NCBI GenBank assembly: GCA_019828565.1
Contig: JAHDYR010000013.1
Location: 186,001-250,000 of the forward strand
Source of the DNA: Carpediemonas membranifera BICM
Lineage: Eukaryota > Protista > Fornicata
DNA length: 64,000 nucleotides
Reading direction: 5' to 3'
Shown here: positions 46,471-55,617 of the stretch, in pieces
Layout: the number at the start of each line of letters is the position of its first letter
Position numbering within the stretch: position 1 is the first letter of the stretch
Position numbers and translations under genes: made by a program
The notes under the pieces: generated by a model
Databases searched by the model: none
What the model was told of the DNA's origin: nothing
Seen by the model: only the letters and a program-made list of their open reading frames with translations

Positions 46471-46926
46471 CTAGTTTATAATGTGATGTACACCCTTAAG
46501 CACCTCAGCGAGCCCCGCCTTGCTCGTCTCGCTGACCATGCCGCCCATGATAAGCTCGTCGAGCACCATATACACGCGGTCCGTATTCAAAACGATGTCA
46601 AGCTCACACACATTCTCCATGACCTTGTCTAAAGTCTCGACGAAGATCTGAATGAGGTCGAGGACGGCGAGGGAGCTTTCACACTGATCGATGATCATGC
46701 AAACAAAGAGAGTGGCGTAACGGCGGTATACAATGCGCAAGTTCTCGCCCTTGAGTGGTACTCCTTCGGCAGAAACGAAGTTGCAGTAGGTGTCGGGCCT
46801 ATTGGAGATGGAATCGTAGGCGGCTTTGATAACGGCCTTCTGCTCCTCTGGTGTGTAGTCATTGTCGTAGAATTTGGCAATGCGGCTCTTTCCATGATAG
46901 TTGAATACTAGAAAGGCCTCAATCAT
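46471..46926 (-). CDS. Adaptor complex small (sigma) subunit, AP-3-like
   Basis: MIEAFLVFN.HGK.R..KFY, IVYRRYATL, ESSLAVLDLIQIFVETLDK..ENVCELD. Confidence 0.9.
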   Translation of the reverse strand: MIEAFLVFNYHGKSRIAKFYDNDYTPEEQKAVIKAAYDSISNRPDTYCNFVSAEGVPLKGENLRIVYRRYATLFVCMIIDQCESSLAVLDLIQIFVETLDKVMENVCELDIVLNTDRVYMVLDELIMGGMVSETSKAGLAEVLKGVHHIIN

Positions 46927-47231
46927 CCTCTATTGGCCTGCAAGTCTTCCAAATTGTGTTGTCAGAATGATGTCTTCAAAAATGACAAGTTCAAGCGGGT
47001 AGTGTCCACGCGGCTGTGTAGCGTAGCTATTAGCGCATTAGTTGACCCAGTTTGGAGACAGTCGGTCGGACTGGTCTGAATGAGCAAGCCATGAGACTGA
47101 GGAACTCGACTCTCTCCATGGCGCTGAACTGATGCGACATGAGGGGTGTTATCACTGCTATTGTCCGCGTGGGCTGTGTTGACATATCGATTTGCCGGAT
47201 TTGCGCATCGAAATACGATTCATCCAAACCC

Positions 47232-47576
47232 ATGCCTGCTGCGCAAATAATGACTAATGCTCCTATTGAGGACAAGAAGGCCTTTCTCAAGAACATGTCT
47301 GCGGCCATTAGTGAGGTCACAGGCAAGCCTGAGGCCTACATCATGTGTTCTGTCCAGGATAACGTCGACATGATCATGTCGATGGCCACAGAGAAGCCGT
47401 GCTGCTTCATCACCTTCTCCTGCATTGGTGTGATCTCTGCCACCAAGAACAGGAGCATGTCCGAGGCCTTCTCATCCCTCATGCAGAAGACTTGTGGCGT
47501 TTCCCCCGAGCGCTGCTACATCAACTTCGTCAAGGTTGAGAGGGAGAACTGGGGCTTCAATGGAAGCACCTTCTAA
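47232..47576 (+). CDS. MIF: Macrophage migration inhibitory factor (tautomerase) homologue
   Basis: Met-Pro start, TGKPEAYI, SIG-like CIG, RCYINF and NWGFNGSTF C-terminus. Confidence 0.92.
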   Translation: MPAAQIMTNAPIEDKKAFLKNMSAAISEVTGKPEAYIMCSVQDNVDMIMSMATEKPCCFITFSCIGVISATKNRSMSEAFSSLMQKTCGVSPERCYINFVKVERENWGFNGSTF

Positions 47577-47745
47577 CCGTATATCACTAAATTCTCTCAG
47601 AAGATGTGCAACAAGATGCAATTCACTAACTCGTGACCCTCTACCGTCCGTCACAAAATTTACCCACTTCGCTTGCAATCCACAACTGAGCTATATACAT
47701 TCGCCCATATATACACATAAATCGCGGTCCATCATTTGATGAGGC

Positions 47746-50700
47746 TCACATGGTCATTCCGTACAAAAATCCCCCGCCCAGCGCCTCATCGAGCATCTTT
47801 GCGGCATCCATGGCCTTACCAGTCAGCTTAGGAGTCCGCGAAAGCGGCGACAGTTTCATCTGCCTCGATGCCACACTCAACCCGGTCTGCTTCGTTCTCA
47901 CGAGCAACGACTGGCCCCTCGGTCGTAGTCTCGGGGTCGACCTGCTCCTCGGCGTGGAGGGGATGGGTGTGAGCTGCACTGCCCGCCCCCTCTTGGCCTG
48001 GGGCGACTTGGTCTTTCCTTGGGGCTCCCTGGGCTCTGGGATGGCCGCGGTTGGGCTAAAACCCCATTCTTGCAGGCTCGTTTCCTTCTTACGGATCTTA
48101 CGGAGGTGTTTGGGCAGAACTCCGCTGATCCCACTGGTCGGCTTAGCCTGGGCGTTCGACTCTCCTTCTTCCTCGTCGGACAAGTTCTTCGCGTCCTCAA
48201 GCCCGACGGCGGTCAGACTCTCAGGCATGTACGATAAAGATCCAATCACCTTCCCCGCAGCGCTATGGATGAACACACGGCAATCCGCACTCGCGGTGAC
48301 GTATGCCGTGGGGTTCTCGAGGATTCGTACGACGGTGACGGCGTCCGTGTGGGGCGTCCACGTCATCCGGGGCTGGAAGCACGGCAGGGTGCGGTCACTG
48401 ACGGTGAGAACCATGGTCTCAGGGACGTCACCGTCGATGAATCTGATATGGTAATCAGATCTTACTAAATCATATGATGGAATCACAGCGTGGGTACCTG
48501 CCAGGAGGGGGATCATGTCAACCAGCCCGACCATGCCAGTGGATGACCCGACCAGCAGCGTGTGGCTAGGCTCGTTGTACTCCATGCAAATGACGTACCC
48601 GCATTCTTCAGGCATTTGAATAACTCCAGACACAACAGGTTGTTTCCCGGGCGGTGTGGTAATCGCAAGGAGGAATGGGGCACGGGTTGCGGCAACCAGG
48701 CCTGACGCATGCCCGAGCGTTGCTATGGCCGGCAGCTCAGGGTCTGTGGCTCCGAGGGCAGCGGCGTATGGCTGGAGTTTCAATACTTGGGTCTCAGCGA
48801 CGGAGGTGACCTCGAACAGACGAAGCGTGCCGTCTCCTCCCGCAGCGTAGAATATCGAGAAGAGGTCGGCACCGTCCAGCGCGCTGAGGGTCCCGTCGTG
48901 ACCGACCACGTTCGTAACGACCTTGACAGTGTGGAACGCCTTCTCCCGGACGGCAATGGGGCTATGAACTGAGTAGGGTATGTCGGCAGGCTCGAGGAAG
49001 GCCGCCCGCCTCTGTCGGCCCGTGTACGTATCGTCGTAAACTGCGTCAGGGAGCTCACTGGGGATGACCGAGACAGCGTCCCGACGATTCAAAGATTCGA
49101 GGGAGTAGAACGCCTTGGCCTGGCTGCTTGCACCGGCAAATGCACTGGGCTGGGTCCGTTTGAACAAGGCTGTCTGGGACGTGGCTGAGGCCTTAGTGGA
49201 TGCGGCGTTAGGGGCAGTGAGGGTAAACACGCAGCCCTCAGCTGTGCCGGCCAGGAGGATCTGTGACGTCGGGAGGAAGCAGAGGCTCGTGATGACGTCT
49301 GACACGCTAGGGCAGGCGTCGGTCAGGACCTGCGAGCCGACGATGAGCTTGGTCTGCCACTGGTAGATGGTGAGGCGGCCTGCACTGTCGCTGACAACCA
49401 GGCGTCGACCATCATCGCTCACTCCCATGGCTGTGACAGGATCATTGGTCATCAACTGGCGCTGTAACTTGCCAGTCGACCCGTCCCAGAATCTGATCTG
49501 ACACCCAGCAGCGGTCGCGAACCCTGCCTGATGCTTGTTATAAACCGCGTGGGTCGGCGTGCTCTCGTGAGCATGGGTTGGGTCGTCGGTGCCGTCGTAC
49601 GCGAAGAGCTGGAGCTTAGTGTTCGCACAGATGATGTTGAGTGTTGTCGGATGGATCGTGATGCTTGAAACCGTCATTGGAATAACTTGAGTGCAAGTCA
49701 TATCTCGAATATCGAATATACGGAGTGTGCGATCTTGAGATGCGGTGACCACAACAGGGCTACTTGGCACACAGGATACATCCAATATCGGTGCCGTATG
49801 CCCTTGCAGTCGGCCCACAAGCCTAGATATGAAAGGATTCCACACCAAAGCATCGTGATCAAACCCAGCGGACACGAGAGATCTGAATTGAGTGGAGTAA
49901 GCTATGGCAGCGATGCCCTTGGTGTGGCCCTTGAGTGTCTTTCGGTGGTGCATCCCGTCGGTTGACCATAGGTTAATGACGGCGTCAAGTCCTGCCGTCG
50001 CGAACATTGATATGCCATGCAGCGGTGTGATCGCCGTACAAGCGTCAGTATGTGCGTTCACATGCTTCTTCCTGATCTTCATGGTCGCTGCATCCAGCCC
50101 CAACACCGTCCCGTCGATGCAGCAGCCAAACAGCGATCCAGCCCCTCTGTCGTAGTGCAGACTGGTGATGAGGGAGGGAACAGTGGTCACCCCGCGCTGC
50201 TTCAGGGTCTGTGAGTCCAAATGCCGGAGAGTGCCGTCAGCTGCGGAGACGATCACGTGGGCGTAGTCCTCGACAAGGACGACATCGAGCACAGATGGGT
50301 TGCCGTGGAGACGGACGGGGCCCTGGTAGGTCAGAGGGAGCTGGTTGTACATGGAGAGGGTCGACTCGTTGCCCTCGAGGCCGAATACCATGCCGTTGTT
50401 GAGGGCAACGATCTTTTGAATCATTTGATCAGTGTCTCGGTTGATAGGGTCAGAGATTGTGCCTGCGTCGAGGAAGCACTTGAGGGTGCTTCCCTGGTTC
50501 ATACCAGACGACGATAGGCCCGAGTCGATGAGGTAGTCGCAGAAATCAGCCCAGGAAGCCAAGCCGTCGTTGTTGGCGTCAATCTCCGCGAAAAGAGCAT
50601 GGATGTGGTTCAAATTGATGTCGGTAGTAGGGCTTATGCTCTCGAAGTACCGAATTATTGTCTGTTGGAACTGATGGTGATCGAATTCATCGCCTATGGT

Positions 50701-50811
50701 GTCGAAGTAGCGTTTCAAAGGCGCTAGGCCATCTCCGCCTTCACTGCTGCTGTTACCGTCAGTTGAGAACGAAACAAGTATGGCAGACACAAGCTGTCCG
50801 CTTTCATTCAT
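47746..50811 (-). CDS. EF-hand plus WD40 repeat protein (WDR49/WDR64-like)
   Basis: LFAEIDANNDGLASWADFCDYL EF-hand; LVSAGFDHDALVWNPF, LQGHTAP WD repeats. Confidence 0.8.
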   Translation of the reverse strand: MNESGQLVSAILVSFSTDGNSSSEGGDGLAPLKRYFDTIGDEFDHHQFQQTIIRYFESISPTTDINLNHIHALFAEIDANNDGLASWADFCDYLIDSGLSSSGMNQGSTLKCFLDAGTISDPINRDTDQMIQKIVALNNGMVFGLEGNESTLSMYNQLPLTYQGPVRLHGNPSVLDVVLVEDYAHVIVSAADGTLRHLDSQTLKQRGVTTVPSLITSLHYDRGAGSLFGCCIDGTVLGLDAATMKIRKKHVNAHTDACTAITPLHGISMFATAGLDAVINLWSTDGMHHRKTLKGHTKGIAAIAYSTQFRSLVSAGFDHDALVWNPFISRLVGRLQGHTAPILDVSCVPSSPVVVTASQDRTLRIFDIRDMTCTQVIPMTVSSITIHPTTLNIICANTKLQLFAYDGTDDPTHAHESTPTHAVYNKHQAGFATAAGCQIRFWDGSTGKLQRQLMTNDPVTAMGVSDDGRRLVVSDSAGRLTIYQWQTKLIVGSQVLTDACPSVSDVITSLCFLPTSQILLAGTAEGCVFTLTAPNAASTKASATSQTALFKRTQPSAFAGASSQAKAFYSLESLNRRDAVSVIPSELPDAVYDDTYTGRQRRAAFLEPADIPYSVHSPIAVREKAFHTVKVVTNVVGHDGTLSALDGADLFSIFYAAGGDGTLRLFEVTSVAETQVLKLQPYAAALGATDPELPAIATLGHASGLVAATRAPFLLAITTPPGKQPVVSGVIQMPEECGYVICMEYNEPSHTLLVGSSTGMVGLVDMIPLLAGTHAVIPSYDLVRSDYHIRFIDGDVPETMVLTVSDRTLPCFQPRMTWTPHTDAVTVVRILENPTAYVTASADCRVFIHSAAGKVIGSLSYMPESLTAVGLEDAKNLSDEEEGESNAQAKPTSGISGVLPKHLRKIRKKETSLQEWGFSPTAAIPEPREPQGKTKSPQAKRGRAVQLTPIPSTPRSRSTPRLRPRGQSLLVRTKQTGLSVASRQMKLSPLSRTPKLTGKAMDAAKMLDEALGGGFLYGMTM

Positions 50812-50855
50812 CTCGTCTCTAAGTTTGAGTTTTGTGCTCGACTGAGGGGAAAGCT

Positions 50856-51015
50856 GCGCCTTTTAAGTAAAAGAGCGCTCGCAAGTTCTGCTTTATTCTG
50901 CTCGCTACACGTTTGTTGTTCAAAGGTGAAGTATCATAGAGTGCACAGTGCAAGCACTGCGTCTCTCCACTTCAATTAGCTTGCCCGGAGGCGAAGACTA
51001 GCGGCTGGTTAGCCG
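50856..51015 (-). ncRNA. Candidate omega-RNA-like structured region at the 3' end of the TnpB/Fanzor remnant
   Basis: Long stem TGAAGT...GCAGTG(CTTG)CACTGT...ACTTCA (50927-50974); hairpins at 51002-51015 and 50856-50878. Position is where TnpB/Fanzor guide scaffolds lie (inference). Confidence 0.35.
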
Positions 51016-51319
51016 TAATTGGTGTATTGGGGCTATAGTTGGGAAGACGGGCTGGATTTCTGAAAGCACTGGCTTGATACTGTGCATCCGTCATGAGGCC
51101 GCAATCCAAGATGTTCTGTGCAGCAGTCTTGTCTCTGTGGGAGAGATTGAGCCAAGTGGTGGTAGGATCGGAATTGAGGCGTTGCTGTCTGTACCACGGA
51201 GCACCTTGACAATTCGGGTTGTGGCATCGCATCGTGCGCCTCGTGTGGCGAGTTCTACGGAACCTCGCGCGGCAGAAGGGGCAGACGAGTGAGATACTGC
51301 AGTCTTCCGATACTGATTT
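50972..51319 (-). pseudogene. 5'-truncated TnpB/Fanzor-like remnant (zinc ribbon plus RuvC-III)
   Basis: Reading the frame upstream of the listed ORF gives VSEDCSISLVCPFC...MRCHNPNC...HRDKTAAQNILDCGL, matching the V.E..TS..C..C / C..C / RD.NAA.NI pattern; in-frame TAA at 51323-51325 upstream. Confidence 0.7.
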
Positions 51320-51460
51320 ATATTATTTATGAAAATATATATATAAACTGCACAATGACTCAGGGGTGCAGGGCAAATATGACCAATCAATTGGTCACCA
51401 CAGCTGCCTCCTCTCCGGGCACGCATTACTGCCAGTAACTCGTGTACTGTTGTTCTAGAC

Positions 51461-51482
51461 ACCTTACCTTACCTTACCTTAC
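51461..51482. repeat. (CCTTA)4 / (TAAGG)4 microsatellite
   Basis: accttaccttaccttaccttac directly visible, ending 12 bp before the 5' LTR. Confidence 0.9.
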
Positions 51483-51494
51483 AGTGAGCGAGAC

Positions 51495-51602
51495 TGTCAG
51501 CCATTTATATATGAGATACGTATTTGATACGGTCTTGATCCGTCCAGCTCGACACCCTTGTGTCGAGCTCTCTTTGTAAAGTCTTTTTCCTTAGTGATCA
51601 CA
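51495..51602 (+). repeat. 5' LTR (108 bp)
   Basis: tgtcagcc...tgatcaca; TATA-like tttatata; 10-bp hairpin agctcgacac/gtgtcgagct at 51546-51569. Confidence 0.97.
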
Positions 51603-51622
51603 GTAAGCTTACTTCCAAACTA

Positions 51623-52591
51623 ATGGATAAGGGACCTTTATGTACACAGCCTGAGATTCACGCAGTCCTCTCATTTGCCGAGAAATTGGATAAGCATGTT
51701 CGCGCGGGCGGAAAGAGGCGCTTGCTTAAGCGACTCGGACCCGCGGTGACCTCATACTGCAAGGCGATGGGTACTGATATTACCAGAAAGTATCAGGCCG
51801 CAAAACATCACGATGATGGCTCCAAAAGAACGAAGCACGAACGCGAGGACATCGTATTCCAGGCGATTGTGGACATTGTTAAGCCCTCCGATGCGATCCT
51901 TGAGCGCCGCCTTTTCGACCTATCGACCACTGGTATCGATATTGGCCGCCTATCTCTCTATATCGACCGCTTCGCTTCCCGCCGCCGTCTCATTGCACCC
52001 ACGGGCAAGGATTCAGTCCTTCGCGGTCAGTTTTTGCGCGGAATCCAAGACGAAACGCTCAGAGAGGAGGTTTCTCACGCCTCCAAGGGTCTGTCACTTG
52101 ACGCGACCTTTTCGACCGCCCTCCTGACATGTAAGCGTCTGGAGGAAGCAATCAAGCTCACTTCAACGTCCAAGCCTGCCCCTGCTCAAGAGCGCGAACG
52201 CTCTAAGCAGTCCGCTGTCCGCAAACGCCCCCCGCGTGAGCAGCGCGAGCCTCAGGATCAGCCGCGCCAAGACAAGCGGCAGCAACACCAGCCCCGCCAG
52301 TATCAGACGCACTTCCACCAGCAAGGCCAACGTCACGGTCAGCGTCAGCAGCAGACGCAACACCACGGTCACCAGCGAGACATCGTATGCTTTAACTGCG
52401 GCAGGCCGAACCACCGCGCTTTCGAATGCACCAGAGAGAAGGCCGTGTGCGCGAAGTGCGGCAAGTCGGGGCACCTAGACAAGTTCTGTCAGGTAAACCC
52501 CAGATCATGCTTCTCTGTCTCTGTTTCTACGTCGGCGGCTGAAGGCCAGCGCTCCCCTACCCGTCGTGAGTGCCGTCGTCCCTATGGGTAG
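51623..52591 (+). CDS. gag: Gag with two CCHC zinc knuckles
   Basis: CFNCGRPNHRAFEC and CAKCGKSGHLDKFC; Gln-rich linker; first ATG 20 nt after the LTR. Confidence 0.9.
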   Translation: MDKGPLCTQPEIHAVLSFAEKLDKHVRAGGKRRLLKRLGPAVTSYCKAMGTDITRKYQAAKHHDDGSKRTKHEREDIVFQAIVDIVKPSDAILERRLFDLSTTGIDIGRLSLYIDRFASRRRLIAPTGKDSVLRGQFLRGIQDETLREEVSHASKGLSLDATFSTALLTCKRLEEAIKLTSTSKPAPAQERERSKQSAVRKRPPREQREPQDQPRQDKRQQHQPRQYQTHFHQQGQRHGQRQQQTQHHGHQRDIVCFNCGRPNHRAFECTREKAVCAKCGKSGHLDKFCQVNPRSCFSVSVSTSAAEGQRSPTRRECRRPYG

Positions 52592-55588
52592 CGACGAATC
52601 TACCACATGGCACCGTGTCTTATTCGACTGTGGTGCTGACATTTCTCTTGTCAACCCGGCTTCCGCCAGAGCGGCCGAGCTCATTCCGACGAAGCTCGCT
52701 GCACCCATTAAGATCAAGACTCCGGGTGGAACGATCGAGACTGATACGTGTTATGAGGTGCCGTTGAAGATGTGTAAGTCACCTTTCACCCCGAAAGGTC
52801 TATCCACCACAGTCTCCGCGTATGGGGTTGACTGTGCTTATGATCTCCTCTTGTCATATCAGACCATGGTCGAGTGGGGTATTCTCCCCAGCTTGTGTGA
52901 ACCGTCTCAGTCTGACAATGAAGACGCCTTGGAGCCTTTCGTGCCAGAGCCTGAGCCGCTCCAGGCGTATACTCTGTCTTCGGACTACACTCTCACTCAT
53001 GACCGCATCCTCGCAGCTTATGCTCATTGCTTTGATGCTCGAGAAGGGTTCTCAGCATTAGAGCCATACGACCTCGTACTCAAGGAGGACCGCGTCGTCG
53101 CCACGAGATCCAATTACATACCGTACCAGAAGCAGGGCCTGTTCGACGAGCACGTCAACGAACTACTGTCGAAGAAATACATCGAGGCCAGCTTCTCGCC
53201 ATACTCTTCTCCAGCATTGCTCGTCCCCAAGGGCAAGGACAAGACCAGGATGGTCGTAGACTTCCGCAGAATCAATGATTTGACCACGCCATTCGACTAT
53301 CCGATCCCCGAGGTTAACACGTGCTTGACCAGGCTTGCTGGTGCCAAGGTCTTCGCCACTCTCGACCTCTCGAAAGGGTATCACCAGGTCGAGCTGACCG
53401 AGCGTTCTAGGCAATACACGGCGTTTATGACCCCCCGTGGGAAGTTCCAATACACCGGAATGCCGTTCGGCCTGAAGAACGCTGGCGCGCACTTTCAGTA
53501 CGCGATTGAGCGCGGGTTCCAGGACCTCTTAGGCGACGCCTGCATTATATATATAGATGACATTATCATCTTTGGACGCTCGGAGCAGGAATATCTGGCC
53601 AACCTCGCTAAGGTGCTCCGCCGATGTGACGAGCTCAAGCTATCGTTGAACAAGGAGAAGTCGCATTTCGGCCTAGCCGAAGTGGAGTTCCTAGGATGGG
53701 TTGTGTCCGGCTCGGGTTTCCGGATTGCTCCAGACAGGATCCGCGATGTAGAAGGCCTGCGGCTACCGAAGACGAAGAAGGCCACGCAGGCCCTTATGGG
53801 ATTCCTCAACTTTATGAGTGACTTTGTTCCTAACTTCTCCGAGCTTATCCGACCGTTAGCCCGGGCGGCAAGCGGCAAGGAGGCTCCGGACGGATTACCT
53901 CAGGCAGAGGCGCTGGCCAAGGTTAAGGACCGCCTCTGCCACGCACCGGCACTCGAGCACTTTGACGTTTCGAAGGATCATGTGGTCATGACAGACGCGT
54001 CTGATCTCGGGATCGGGGGTGTTCTCCTCCAGGACGGCAAGCCGGTGTGTTATATGTCCCACGCGTTCTCAGATGTGCAGACGCGTTGGAGCACGATCGA
54101 ACAGGAAGCGTATGCGATTGTCACCGCCCTCCAGAGGTGGCGCCGTTTCCTGTGCTGGACGTCGTTTACTCTCCTCACTGACCACCGGAACCTGGTCTAC
54201 ATGTCACGATCGTCTAACGCAAAAAGTCCAGCGTTGGTACGAGTCAATCGCAGACCTAGACTTCACAGTGAAGCATGTGGCCGGGGTTGACAACGGAGCG
54301 GCGGACGGGCTGAGTCGAGTCTTCTCCGCAACTGCCAGACAGGCAACAGCTACCGATGACGAGATCCAGGCAGCTCATATGCACGGCCAGGCCCACCTCC
54401 CGGTTTATACGACGGTAGAGTGGCTGAGATCTAACGGGCTCCGGGCTCCAGTGGATAGGGTAGCGCGGGTCATGGATCGTTGCCCCGTGTGCCAACTTAC
54501 CGCCAAGCCGGCCGAGGCGTCCAGACCGTACCTCCACACGGCGAGCCTGCGACCGTTCCAGCGGGTAGCCATGGATACTATTGGCCCCCTGCCAGAGTCT
54601 CGCGGGTACAAGTTCATCTTAGTTATTATTGATATGGCCTCGCGGTGGACCGAGCTCGTCCCACTCAAGTCCACAAGGGCGGACGAAGCTGTGACTGCCT
54701 TCGTCAACGGATGGATTCTCCGGTACGGCGTGCCCAGAGTTCTACAGACAGACGGTGGCAAGCAGTTCGTCAACAAGCTATTCACAGATCTATCGGTGCG
54801 CGTAGGGTTTGCTACTCACGTCACCACCCCGTACCATCCACAGTCAAACGGCATTGTGGAACGGGCGAACAGCCGCATTGAGCGCATTTTACGCAACAGG
54901 CAATACCAGCTTCGGAGCGAGTTGTGGTCAGACTCCCTCCCCTGTCGCGCAGTATATCGTCAACGCATCTCCCCACACCGCGACACGCTTAACACCGGCC
55001 GAGGTCATCTTCGGTAGCGATTTCCGTGTCCCGGCAGACGTGATGATGGCAGACGTCCAGAGTATGGCTGGACAGCCCAGCAGTAATGTTCAAGCAGCTC
55101 AGTTAGCCCGAGACTTGGCAGAGGCGAGAATCAAGGTCATGCACCAAGATGCGCTAGACAAAGTGTCAGCAACGACACCTATCTCGTCCGACTATGTGTT
55201 GGTCAAGTACCCGAATGGACCGCCGTCCAAGTTGGCGTCAGGATGGCGAGGGCCTATGAAGCTAGTGCGTCCTATCGTGAGGCAGAACCTCACGGTGGGC
55301 TATGTCGTCAAGGATGTCAACACAAAGAAGGAGTTCCAAGTCGCCTCGGAGAGAGTTCGCGCCTTTATGGGTGAGTTGTCCGAGCAACGGGCTCAGGAAC
55401 TCGCGGCAGTCACGCTCGGTGAATATCTGGTCGAGTCCATACTAGAGTCGACGAGTGAGGCCAGGATGAGAGACAGGAAGTTCCGGGTTAGATGGCTGGG
55501 ATATGAGCCGTCAGAGGACACATGGGAACCATATGGGAATGTCAAGGGTTGTGAAGCACTGGATGTATTCCTGGGAAGGGCCAAGTAA
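52545..55588 (+). CDS. pol: Pol (aspartic protease, RT, RNase H, integrase, chromodomain), broken by +1 shifts near 54221-54225 and 54939-54942
   Basis: LFDCGA, LDLSKGYHQ, MPFGLKNA, YIDDII, TDASDLGIG, H..H...CPVC, MDTIGP/TDGG/GIVER, WRGP, VRWLGYEPSEDTWEP. Confidence 0.92.
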
Positions 55589-55617
55589 ATGGCGCCCAGA
55601 GAGAGTCACAATCTGAT

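Noticed and set aside
50923-51465. AAGGTG/CACCTT as terminal inverted repeats of the Fanzor-like element
   Set aside because: Only 6 bp, no extension and no clear TSD; expected by chance.
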